Part shown: positions 40,301 through 52,238 of the stretch, one piece after another
Position numbering within the stretch: the stretch's first letter is position 1
Layout of the letters: each line of letters starts with the position of its first letter
NCBI RefSeq assembly: GCF_006345805.1
Contig: NC_043004.1
Span: forward strand, 94,798,001-94,862,000
DNA from: Octopus sinensis
Taxonomy: Eukaryota
Direction of reading: 5' to 3'
Length of the DNA: 64,000 bases
Position numbers and translations under genes: made by a program
The notes under the pieces: generated by a model
Database searches by the model: none
What the model saw: only the letters and a program-made list of their open reading frames with translations
What the model was told of the DNA's origin: nothing

Positions 40301-41507
40301 GCCCTCTCCAAATAGCTGCGCAAAGTGCGGCTGAAAAACTGCACACATCTCGGAACCGGGTAGCACGCACCCACCCTGATCCGTCAAAGATCTGATCGTA
40401 GTTTTGTTTCAACGTTGCGTCTCCTCCGCTAGGGCCTATCGGACAGCTTTATTTCCATCCTGTTTGAGTGCACGGGCCATAGCTCTGACAATGTAACCTT
40501 TGAATTTTGCTTCGAAGAAATGGTCAAGAGCCATTCTCGCCGCTAACACATCGGTCGCAATGCCCTTTTTAATTGCCTCTTCTAATTTACTAATTAGTTT
40601 ACCCTCTAATCTATTCCTTTCTATTGCTAACTCTTTGCTAAACGCTATCGACTCTGCTCTAATCGCCTACTTCAGGGCGGCCCACCACCGGTTGTTGACG
40701 ATTGCCCCTGTCAACGGCCACTTAACTAGTTCACTAATTCGGTCCCTGTAGTCTTTGCGTGCCGGAAAGGACGCGTTTAACTTCCAGTAACTGGGTTCCT
40801 GTCTACAGGTCCTATCTAACGCGACTATGCAGATTACAATTTGTGGTCTGTGTAGCCAATCAATTTAAATTGTGGACAACCTACACTATCTCTATCCTTT
40901 GACCTAACAAATACTCTATATGGATACGATCTGGATGACCCATTGTGGTTGCTTCACACTGGCATATCAGGGAAATCCAGTCGATATCTATCAGACAATT
41001 GGAAGTTTCTGAGTAGGTTTTCGAGGCTTTTGCACTCCCTTCTTCTGTGTACTAGCCCCACACAGTCCTTCCGTGCGTCCAAAAATCCCATTCCAGTCCC
41101 CTAATAATACTAAACTGCGAGACGTCCCCAGGAAGGTTTATAGGCGTCTGAAGGATTCTGACCTTCCAGGCCCTGTCGGGACATAGACGACCACCAGTTT
41201 AAGGGCGCCACCTTCGCTACCATTCACATCTAGGACAACCAACCTTCCACCCGGATCCAAGAAGATTGCCTTTACTTCGAGATCTAAGGATTTTCGGAAT
41301 AACAATTCTACCCCGCCGCCCGCTCCCGACAGACCACACGATGAGAATATCTCATAGTCATCGAAAACGGGAGCTAGTGCTTGCATATTAGAAATCCTTG
41401 TCTCGCTAATTGCAGCCACATCTGAACGAGCGACCTGAGGTCGTTTAGCAAGTGACCTTGCTTCCTAGGCCACGTACATTCACACACCCCACTCTGAAAA
41501 CGGCCAT
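40300..41507 (-). pseudogene. Tx1/L1-like ORF2 AP-endonuclease and linker, frameshifted, RT missing
   Basis: Starts at ATG 41507 (MAVFRVGCVNVRGLG); AAISETR, GGGV, LVVVYVPTG, LLGDWN, GYTDHK, SYWKLNAS motifs. Confidence 0.85.
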
Positions 41508-43429
41508 ATTTATCGGAGAAACAAAACACTAAATGGTCTCTGAATTGATTTCAACCAAATATCATAGAACAAGAAAATTTTGATTCAGAGAGAAGCAAAT
41601 ATATTCTGCATCGAGATCCCAACGAAACTGGTAATGGTCAGTTTTCGCAACAAATAGAACGTAGAAGAGTTTGATAAGTTCAAATGCTGCGAGAGATGAA
41701 AATTTTAACGTCTGGACACTTACTTCTCGTTGGAGTTTGAGGAAGATAAGGAAGACAAAAAAAGCGAGTGAGAGAAAGGGGAAAAGGTAGAGAGTAAAAG
41801 GAAGAGAGGGAGAAAGAAAGAAAATTATGTGTTATTGCTTTGTCTGCATCGTTTTTAAGTTTCGTTCAACTCACCATCTCACCCCATTAAGCAGTGCACA
41901 GAAAAGCAAACTAAATTATTTATTGCTTCGGTATTCCATAATAAGAATAAGATAAGGATAAAATTTAGATAACAACAGAAACTATAAAAAAAAAAGAGAA
42001 CACAGATAGATAACCCGGGTTCCCACGAAATATAAAATTCAATTTTAGCTATCTCATCTACTAACAGACGAACACACGTTTTTAATGGAAGTCTTTGGGA
42101 ATAATGTGTTAAGAGCAAAATAACAATGTGAATACTTAGTACTTTGATATATCAAGGGTATATAAAAGATTATGAAGTCGACGATGTTTTACTATTCTCT
42201 TACTATTAGATCTGGTTGGATTTCATGGACGTCACAATCATCATCATCTCTATTACCATCATTATTAATTTTTGCTTGAAACTTAACTTTTACAAAGAGA
42301 TGTTGCCAATTTTTTACATTTACAAATGCGGCTTGATATAGACACCTATCATGCTGTTCAAAATATCAAGCATACCATACGCTTTGCAATGAAGCATGGT
42401 TGAATGACTGAGAATTTCAATTGAGAATTAATAAGTCCTGTGTTCAATCCCACAGCATGGCCTTTTGTTGAGTGCCTAAGGTCAATCGAAGCTTTGTGAG
42501 GGAAATGGAACAGGCGGAAACTGTGCAGAAACCTCTACCTGTAATTCGAAGCCACAGCTTTATCACACACGCCGAATCTGCTTCAGTATTATGTTATTAT
42601 GTTAATTGTACATGTGACTGTGGAATGCTCAGCCACTTTAATGTTAATGAAATTGGTGAGCAATTCAGTTGATCAAACAACTGAATTTGCAGCCATTGAA
42701 ATCAACAGAGACCACTTTTTATTATCTGCAGTTTTACTATCCAGGATATATCTAATGTATGTATGTATGTATGTATGTATGTATGTATGTATGTATGTAT
42801 GTATGTATGTATGTATGTATGCATGTATGTATGCATGCATACATGCATGCATGCGTGTGAAATTAGACTAGCGACTGTTGGTGCTGCCATCTACAGTTGC
42901 TTTCAGTGTAAGAGATGCAGAAAAAGTGAATTTGCTTAGAAATAGAAGGGAAGGAGAAATTTCCCTCAAGAAAGGTATATTTCGATGATAGCACGGATTT
43001 TTGTCAGTGAACAGGTCGCGGTCTTATAGCGACGAAAATATTTTGACAAATTAAACTTAAATGTTGAAGTGAATCGAACGGCTTTTGTGTGTTTCTTAAA
43101 TGGCTTACAAACACCTTCCACGCTGCAATTGTTTTCGTTCCAGCATACGATCTCAGATCAAATCACTTGCTATGCAAGTCCATCTCCGTAATTTATAGAT
43201 AAGCTCTCTTGAAACAACATACAAATCAGAATTGGAATATCTTTGAAAATGAATCTGCCAGATCGAAATTGATCTACATTTAAAAGAACAACACACAACT
43301 ACCAATATTATCTGTCTCCATTAACAATAACAATGAGAAATTGTTTATGCAGCCTCCAAATCTCTCTCAAACCACACATTAATATCTTAAAGAAAGGATA
43401 CGCATATTGGATAACATATACAAAGTTAC

Positions 43430-43655
43430 GTGGAGGTGCATGGCTTAGTGGTTAGGGCGTCAGCACCATGATTGGAAGATTATGGTTTCGATTCCTGGAC
43501 TGGGCAACGCGTTGTGTTCTTGAGCAAAACACTTCATTTCACATTGCTCCAGTCCACTCAGCTGGCAATAAAATGAGTAACGCTGCAATGGACTGGCGTC
43601 CTGTCCAGCTGGGGAATACATACGCCATTGAAACCGGGAAACCAGGCCCATGAGC
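43430..43655 (+). mobile_element. SINE family E with V-domain-like segment
   Basis: tggcttagtggttaggg (A box), ggtttcgattcc (B box), ctgcaatggactggcgtcctgtccag; the domain name is by resemblance only. Confidence 0.75.
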
Positions 43656-44155
43656 GCATTTTATTTTATACGAAGTTACACTACAACTAAAGTAAAAAAT
43701 GGGCTCGTTACAGTCAGAGTAACAGCAATTACAAGCCGGGTGAATCAGAGTTGACCTGGGCTTAAACAACTACAACAATTACAACAATAACATTTTAGAG
43801 ACTTTTCAACAAACACAGTTATCCACCGTCATGAAAGCTGCTTTAGTAAATACATTTCCAATATAGACAGTATATTATTTTTACAAATATCAGTCATTTA
43901 TATTCATTAGGAAATAATAAATATTTCTTACAAAAAAAAAAAAAAACTCATATACTTAATTTTTGCAAGTAAATAATTAACATTGTGGAAAAGGAATAAT
44001 AATTGTTTCTGTTTAATCACTGTATCTTGGTTTCTGTTGCAAAATTATCATAAGAATTGAGGATATGGAACAGTAAGTTTATATAAGATATTTTTCAATT
44101 AAGAATTATTGATTTTCTAAATAAATCTTTAAAAAACACAGTATGTACACACACA

Positions 44156-44189
<34 letters not shown>

Positions 44190-44214
44190 AATACAAACAC
44201 ACTGACTGGTGGAT

Positions 44215-44250
44215 AAATAGATAAATGGGTAGACAGACAGACAGATAGAC

Positions 44251-44288
<38 letters not shown>

Positions 44289-44298
44289 ATAGATAGAC

Positions 44299-44361
<63 letters not shown>

Positions 44362-44498
44362 CAGACAGATAGATAGATAGATAGACAGATAGATAGATTG
44401 ATAGATAGATTGATAGATAGATAGATTGATAGATAGATAGATAGATAGATAGACAGATTGATAGATAGATAGGTAGATAGATAGACAGATAGATAGAC

Positions 44499-44537
<39 letters not shown>

Positions 44538-44773
44538 TAGATATATTTCTTTATTAGCCACACAGGGCTGCACACAGATAGAACAAATTACAAGGTAGAG
44601 CTTTTCTTTTGAAGGTTTAAAAAAAAAAATAAAAAGGAAGGGGGAGTTTCGATCAAAAGGGATCGTAAAAGTCGTAAAAGGAGAGAAAGAGGACAAAAAA
44701 AGGGGGGTTAAAAAAAAGGGGGGGGAGACAGATAGATAGATAGACATATAGATAGATAGATAGATAGACAGAC

Positions 44774-44856
<83 letters not shown>

Positions 44857-44858
44857 CA
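44215..44858. repeat. (GATA)n array interrupted at 44541-44727
   Basis: Directly visible. Confidence 0.95.
44541..44727 (-). mobile_element. Non-LTR-type 3' UTR with AATAAA and (ATCT)n tail
   Basis: Pyrimidine-rich segment ending gcagccctgtgtggctaataaagaaatatatctatct; the donor clade (possibly Tx1) is inferred. Confidence 0.5.
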
Positions 44859-45214
44859 AACATTGATATATTTGGAAAACTAAAGGAGTGGTTGCATTAC
44901 TTTTTACAAAGTGGGAATTATTTACAACCAAAGGTGCTCCCTCAAAAGGTACATCACTTCTAAGCAGAGTTCCTCATGGAACTGTGATTGGGATCACAAC
45001 TGCTTGTGGTGGCTTTCTCAGACATACTCTCATTCATACAGTCAGCCACTTTCACCGAATATGCTGGCAATACATAAGAATCAAAGGCAGTCAAGGAACC
45101 TGACAGTAACACAAAACAACAGAAAGACCTGAACACAGTATACAATTATGCTAAAGCAAACAACATGCAGTTCAATGGTGAAAAAATATCAGGTACTCTG
45201 CCTTCAGCCCATGA

Positions 45215-45650
45215 ACATATTCTTTTCTACTCTTGGCACAAAGCTCGAAATTTTGGGGGAGGGGGCCAGTTGATAAGATCGACCCTAGTACATGACTGGT
45301 ACTTAACTTATCGATCCCAAAAGGACGAAAGGCGAGGTCGACTTTAGTGGAATTTGAACTCAGATTGTAAAGACAAATGAAATACCACTGAGCGTTTTGC
45401 CTGGCATGCCAACGTTTCTTATTTCTTTATTGCCCACAAGGGGCTACACACAGAGGGGACAAACAAGGACAGACAAAGGGATTCAGTCAATTACATCAAC
45501 CGCAGTGCATAACTGGTACTTAATTTATCGACCCCAGAAGGATGAATAGCAAAGTCGACCGCAGCGGAATTTGAACTCAGAACATAATGGCCGACAAAAT
45601 ACCGCTAAGCATTTCGCCCGGCATGCTAGCATTTCTGCCAGCTCACTGCC
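45215..45650 (-). mobile_element. SINE B dimer (tail 1 unit followed by tail 2 unit)
   Basis: The junction aagaaataagaaacgttggcatgcc matches those in the 32-kb and 54-kb arrays. Confidence 0.85.
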
Positions 45651-46005
45651 TTAGCCTACAAGCATATTGCAATCAGAATACATAGGGTTAGTGTGTATTG
45701 TAAGCCTGATATTACAGTTGGTGAGTAACCAAAGAAATTACATGAGTAATAATGCATCATTCCATGTGCATATTACTATATTAGGAAAGGATGAAAGGCA
45801 AAGTCAACCTCCACAGAATTTGAACTCAGAACGTAATGGCAGATGAAATACCGCTAAGCATTTCACCCGGCATGCTAACCAGTGGCCCAGCAACAAAATT
45901 TGCTAAGGGGGTGCAAACCCAGGTGCTAATTTTTTTAATGAAAAATGTGTATTTTTCCATTGTTAACACTAAAACAAATTCAGGTATAATAATTATTTTT
46001 ATTAT

Positions 46006-46390
46006 TATGAGGGTCGGCTGAAATGTTCATAATCTGAGCAAGACACTCTCAAGGAATGTGACCAAATGAAGTTCATTTTCTAACATAGTTCCTCTTACTG
46101 TCCACACACTTCCATAAGTAGTTGCAGTGCTTGGATCGCACTGGTGAAAAAGTTTTTCTGTTGATCAAAATGGTCATCAACAACAGATAAGCTGCTCTCA
46201 TCATAGTGATACTGGTGCTCAGCTGAGTGTTTTTCTATGTTGGGAAACAGATGATAACCAGAAGGAACCAAATCATAGGGAGGATGATCAACCAGTTCAA
46301 AGCCAGTCACACACAGCAGCCATTGAAACCAAGGACTTGTGTGCTGAAGCATTGTCCTAATGAAACAAGACCCCATTCATCAGTTTTTTT
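46006..46390 (-). mobile_element. Mariner-like transposon 3' fragment
   Basis: GFELVDHPPYDLVPSGYHLFPNIEKH (YSPDLAPSD-like motif); terminus TA-tgagggtcggctgaaa. Confidence 0.8.
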
Positions 46391-47084
46391 ATGTGCAGGT
46401 GAATGGCTGTTTAGAATTCTGAGCTCATTCAGAACAAGGAGAAAGGGAACCATGTTGATTCTATAGTGAACTTTTGTCTCCAGTCACCACATAGCAACAA
46501 ACAAAGAGTGGTTGAAGCAATCCAATGCTACTGCATAAAGAAGGTAACCTCAGTGTAACAGATGCACTACTGGGAGAAGCTAAAAAACAAAGTCTTTATT
46601 CTTAGGACAAAGATACAAAAGATATGCAGTGATGTGTTACAAAGATCCTGGAGGGTTTAGCATGTAACTTTGTGATTGAAACTTATACCAACCCAGGCCA
46701 TCCTGATTTGGGACACCACTGCATAGTCTCAAAGATCCCACTCTTTTCATTTAGAGTAAGGATTCCATACTGTAACAGCTTAGTATTCAAGGGCCTATAG
46801 CTTTTCAACTTTTAGCAAAAAAGGAGATCTACGAAGCACAGATAGGGATGTGTTCAAATTTTCATGTGAGATTACAAATGAGCCCACATCACTGCAAGAA
46901 ATTCAAAGAAGAGCTTTATCTAAATCATTGCTTCAGCAGAACCCAACCCATAGAAAGATTTGGGGAAGTGTTCTGAAATAAAGTGGTATTTACACTAATG
47001 GTGGTAGTTGCACTACCCATATACACACACATGCATAAACACACACACACACACATGTATATATAAAGTAGTAGAGTAATTTGA

Positions 47085-47328
47085 ATGTACCTATTTCTTT
47101 ACTGCCCACAAGGGGCTACACACAGAGGGGACAAACAAAGACAGACAAACGGATTAAGTCGATTATATCGACCCCAGTGCGTAACTGGTACTTAATTTAT
47201 CGACCCCGGAAGGATGAAAGGCAAAGTCGACCTCGGCAGAATTTGAACTCAGAACATAACGGCAGACGAAATACGGCTACGTATTTTGCCCGGCGTTCTA
47301 ACGTTTCTGCCAGCTTGCCGCCTTGAAT
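47085..47328 (-). mobile_element. SINE family B (tail 1), full length
   Basis: Matches 18210-18447. Confidence 0.9.
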
Positions 47329-47689
47329 GTACCAGATTCTACTACTTCTAAATAAGTATGAATTCAATACATTTGTATAGCAAAGACTTATTATTGAAAT
47401 TAGAATGTTCAATGCTTCACTTATTGTAACACAGGGAGTAAACATTGTAGGACTGGCCTCGGATACCAAATACTCTGGTGCTGGCTCTGATTAAGACAAA
47501 AATATTTTTTAAAGTATTCTATAATAGCATCTGCTAAAATGTGTCTCTCTCTCTCTCCCCCTCTCTCTCTTGAGTTTGTGCCAAGTTGAGATACCACTGA
47601 TGCTCTTTTCCTTATGAGGCAGCTATAGAAGTCCATAGGAAAGTGAAATCTACTTTAAGCAGGATTATTCACCTGAAGACACCACAGTC

Positions 47690-47835
47690 TGTATTTACAT
47701 TATTTACAATTGATGGATATTTGTCCTCATCTTGTTTGTTGTTAATGCAACGTTTCGGCTGATATACCCTCCAGCCTTCATCGGGTATCTTGGGGAAATT
47801 TTGAACCGGGGTTCTCATTCCTAAGATATTATTCA
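47690..47835 (-). mobile_element. Penelope-like terminal repeat with hammerhead motif (47745-47790)
   Basis: Minus strand CCGATGA-A-GGCTG(gagggtatat)CAGCC-GAAA-CGTT. Confidence 0.6.
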
Positions 47836-47858
47836 ATGTTGTTGTTATTATCATTATG

Positions 47859-47924
<66 letters not shown>

Positions 47925-47926
<2 letters not shown>

Positions 47927-49752
47927 TTTTTTTTCTTCTTTCAAATTTGCTTCCATTTCTTGCCGAGTGTCTTCCCGACTCCTAGGGCAAAGAAACTCAT
48001 AGTATACATTGGTAGGCCATTAAGCCAAAACTCAATAGTTCGTTCATTCTTTTTTTTTTTTTTAAGTTAAATTAAAATACATGAGCAGCAACAGTTCTCA
48101 CATCGATAATGCTCTTCTCAATACGTGTGATGTACCAGTTAAGACAATCTTCTGCACTTCTTGCAGGGATGGTAATAATAATAATTATAATTGTGTACAG
48201 TGCTCAGGTGCACTACAACTCATCTAAAGTGTATATATAATCAGGTGTAGTTTCGACGGATTTCGGAAAGCATGAGGGCCTTAAAGGATGCAGTGTCATG
48301 GCAGTCAACAACTGATGCAGGCAGTTTATTCCACGCTTCAGCAACCTGAGCGTGAAAAAATGTTTCCGAAAGTCATGGGAGCTGTATTGTTTTCTGACTT
48401 TGTAGGCATGTCCACGTGTGTTAGACACATGGAGATCAAAAAGGTGTTCAGTGTTGTTTGTGGTGAGGTGGTTGATAACTTTGTGGGTGTTTACCAAGTC
48501 CGTCGCCAAACGCCGGAGCTTCAGTGAATCCATGCCCAGGGAAACAAGGCGCTCAGAATATGGTAGGTGTCTGATGGAGGGTATGCGTTTGGTTGCACGT
48601 CTCTGGACAGATTCCAGGAGGTCAATGTTCTGTGCAAGATAGGGGTTCCAAACTGATGATGCGAATTCCAAGTGTGGTCGTACCATAGCTGTATACAGTT
48701 TTAAATAGATGGCTGGAGAGCGGCTAACAAAAGACCTGCTGAGTGATGCCAAGACACCCTCGGCCTTCCTGACAATCTTAGAGATATGCTTTGACCAACG
48801 CAAATCACTGCTGACAGTGATGCCTAGGTCACGCTCGCAAGAGGATTTCTTGATATCAGTGTTGTGGAGGGAGTATGTGAACGCAGGGTTTTTTCTCCCA
48901 AAATGCATGGTGGTACACTTGTCCACAGCCAGTTTCAGTTGCCAGTCTGTGATCCATTGCTGCATTGTGTCTAGGTCTGATTGCAGGAAAGAGTTGTAGA
49001 CATCAGGATCTGTCCTCTTGATTTCAAGGTACAGCTTGATGTCGTCTGCATATTTCAATACTGTGGCATTCCTTAAATTGGCATCTATGTCGTTAATGTA
49101 TGCCACAAACAAGAGGGGACCAAGGACAGATCCCTGTGGTACACCCGATGACATCTCATATGGTGTAGAGTGCTGTCCTAGAACTGTACTACCTCCTTTC
49201 GGCTGAGGATGAAGGATTTCAACCAGTTAAAAAGGTCATCCCCCACACCCATTGCAGAGAGTTTCACCATAAGCCTTTTGTGTGGCACAGAGTTGAAAGC
49301 CTTAGCAAAGTCAAGGTAGACAACATCCACCCATGAGCCACTGTCAGTAATCTGAGTAATGTCCTCAAGGAACTCGACAAGCTGGTCACTGCAGCTGGAG
49401 TTAGGGACAAATCCATATTGTGAGGGTCGGATGAGACTGTGAGAGCTCCAGAAGTTCCAGAGTGTTTCTCTGACACACGATTCCATCAGTTTTGCAATAC
49501 AGCTAGTGAGACTGACTGGGCGATAGTTGACAGGTGATGTGCGGTCGCCCTTTTTGAACAGAGGAATGACACTGGCAGTTTTCCAGTAAGCCAGGGATCA
49601 TTCTCATATAATTTTCGGTTCCCTTCTTGATCATTCCTAGTGCTCCTAAGATCACTGGTATTGTAACCGCCTTGAGATGCCACATTTTCTCAATTTCAAT
49701 GAGTAGGTCTTTATATTTTCTGAGCTTGTTGAACTCTTTCGCTGAGATATTA
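47925..49752 (-). mobile_element. 5'-truncated R4/Dong-like LINE, subfamily 1, between (TAA)n arrays and split by CR1
   Basis: ISAKEFNKLRKYKDLLIEIEKMWHLKAVTIPVILGALGMIKK...MIPGL (49752-49586) continues as PSLQEVQKIVLTGTSHVLRRALSM* (48171-48098). Confidence 0.85.
48176..49585 (-). mobile_element. Young 5'-truncated CR1-clade LINE: reverse transcriptase with two -1 frameshifts and (ATT)n tail
   Basis: NYRPVSLTS, SQYGF, YLDFAKAFNSVPH, SGVPQGSVLGP, KYADD, ERDLG; frameshifts near 49188 and 48345. Confidence 0.93.
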
Positions 49753-49764
49753 TGATTATTATTA

Positions 49765-49795
<31 letters not shown>

Positions 49796-49808
49796 TATTA
49801 TTATTATA

Positions 49809-49861
<53 letters not shown>

Positions 49862-49879
49862 CATCATCATTATTATTAT

Positions 49880-49947
49880 TCAGGTCACTGCCTAGAATCA
49901 AACTCAGAATTTTGGGGTTACTAGCCCGCACTCTTAACCACTACACC
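49880..49947 (-). mobile_element. tRNA-head-only SINE-like element with (AAT)n tail
   Basis: ggtgtagtggttaagagtgcgggct (A box), gagtttgattc (B box), ending gacctgaataataat. Confidence 0.6.
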
Positions 49948-49989
49948 TGTAACAACTACGTCTGTAGTCTGGAAGCCAATTAGAAAATT

Positions 49990-50300
49990 AGGTGGACAGG
50001 AAAGAATTTTGAGATGCATTCAGTACAGTAAAGGCAATGAGTTCAGTGAGGAATTTAGCATGCAAGTTGGTGTCCACCAGGACTCAGTTTTCAACTGCCC
50101 ACCTTTTTTATCATAGTCCTTCAGGCCATCACAAAGGAATTAAATCCCATCTATCCACAGGAATTTCTGTATGATGATGTCTTAGTTCCCATAGCTGAAT
50201 ATGGCCAAGAAGTAGAGAACAAAATTTGAAACCTAGAAACAAAGTATAGATTCAAGAAGAAGAAACCTTGCAACGACAAAAGTTTTAGTTAGAAGGAACT
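49990..50300 (+). pseudogene. Degraded RTE-clade RT fragment
   Basis: SEEFSMQVGVHQDS...FIIVLQAIT...FLYDDVLV. Confidence 0.7.
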
Positions 50301-50452
50301 AAAACACAACACTATCTTGTTGCACCTTGTACTAACCACTACATCCAATCATTCCATTACTAAATCCTCCAGAGTTCTTTCCCTGCATATGATACCCCAG
50401 TGCTCATCAACCTGCACCTGTAAAAGAGGATTGCTAATAGAATCTGTCTCAC

Positions 50453-50683
50453 AGGCAGCGAGCTGGCAGAAACATTGCCGGGTGAAATGCTTAGCGGTAT
50501 TTTGTCTGCCATTATGTTCTGAGTTCAAATTCTGCCGAGGTTGACTTTGCCTTTCATCCTTTCGGGGTCGATAAATTAAGTACCAGTTATGCACTGGGGT
50601 CGATGTAATCGTCTTAATACCTTTGTCTGTCCTTGTTTGTCCCCTCTATGTTTAGCCCCTTGTGGGCAATAAAGAAATAAGAA
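50453..50683 (+). mobile_element. SINE family B (tail 1)
   Basis: Matches the other B copies. Confidence 0.9.
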
Positions 50684-51993
50684 TCTGTCTCACTAACCTT
50701 AGAGGGATTTTGAGATTTTGAAGGCAATAGGCATAGTCCTTTTCTACTAAATAAACTAACTGGAAAACATTAATTAAGATGTGAGTTTTGGTAGCTTACA
50801 TTACTGAATTCATTTATTATTAAAGAAGTAATTTGAAGTGGGTGAACTCTACTGGGAATATCAATTTCAACTACCTACATTACATACAGACTAACATTTG
50901 AATTTATTTTACTTTTAACTCAATAAAGTTTTATTTCTTTTAATTATTTCATAGTCATATAGTCATATAGATGTGAAACTTGGATCACAAAGTTTTATTG
51001 CTACAAAAGGCAAGAGAACAATTTTAAAGTATAAATTTTTCATATCTATAATAAATCTAATGAAAACAAATGAAAAACCCCACAAACGTAACACATTATA
51101 GCCATTCAATTTAAATACTAGAACAATTCCTCAATAAGTAGAAGTTGTTTGTTCTGCTACTGTTTACCTTTACAGAACACTGCCACCATTCACCATACCA
51201 TAAATCGGAGATGCCTTTGAGCAGTAATTTTCACTCACAAAACTTCTGAACAATTTAGCCACAATATTTATTGTTTATGATGCTACAGGGTAATGAAAGC
51301 AAATATTGCACAAAGAATATAGTTTCCTATCGGGTGTAAATATATATATTTAGATTTTTCGGAGAGCGTGTTTCTAATACATAATTGGTAATACGAAAGC
51401 CTTTATACTTTTAATGATAGGAAAATATTATACAAATACACGTGCCTGTGCACCCCACCCCTCACAAACACAAAATGGTATCCAAATTTGCTTATAACAC
51501 ACATACACACACACACACACACACATACACATGTCTTTTCACATAAATATATTCATATAAGTATTCACATTCATTTTTATGTAAATATGTGTGCGTGTAT
51601 ATAAATATATATATAAGTATATATATGTGTGTGTGTGTGTGTTTGTGTGTACACATGTACACACACAAACATATGTTCCCAACATCAAGTTGCTAAACTC
51701 TGTTTGCATCAATTACACAAAATATCTTTTTATAGTGTTTCACTTGGAAACTGTTCTGAAAAGGAGGAAGGAAGTTCAATCCATTTTAACCATTATTAAA
51801 GTTTCTTTGAAGTAATGTGGCTGTATTTTTTTCTGATCTTAAATATAAAATCAACAGATATGAAAGCTAAATTAAATGTTTGTATATGTTTATGTGTACA
51901 CTATATGTATATATATATGATTGTGTGTATAATTATGCATAATTATATATAAATCTATCTATCTATATACACACACACACACACCTATATATA

Positions 51994-52041
<48 letters not shown>

Positions 52042-52206
52042 CATATATAGATATATAGATACATATATGTATATATGTATATGCATATATATATATATAT
52101 ACATATGTATACATATAAATATATATATATATTTATATATATTTATATATATATATATATATACACACACACAGACACACACACATATATTTATGAATGT
52201 ATGTAC

Positions 52207-52238
<32 letters not shown>

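Larger units (their letters stand above)
44870..46900 (+). pseudogene. Old CR1-like RT copy broken into three pieces (44870-45200, 45660-45790, 46400-46900)
   Basis: Collinear motifs SRVPHGTVIG, NNMQFNGEK, MSNNASFHVHIT, FRTRRKGTML, KILEGL, YCNSLVFKG. Confidence 0.6.

Noticed and set aside
42159-42168. TATA-like TATATAAAAG
   Set aside because: Common in AT-rich DNA; no downstream gene evidence.
44106-44931. 213-, 148- and 92-aa IYLS-repeat ORFs
   Set aside because: (ATCT)n translations.
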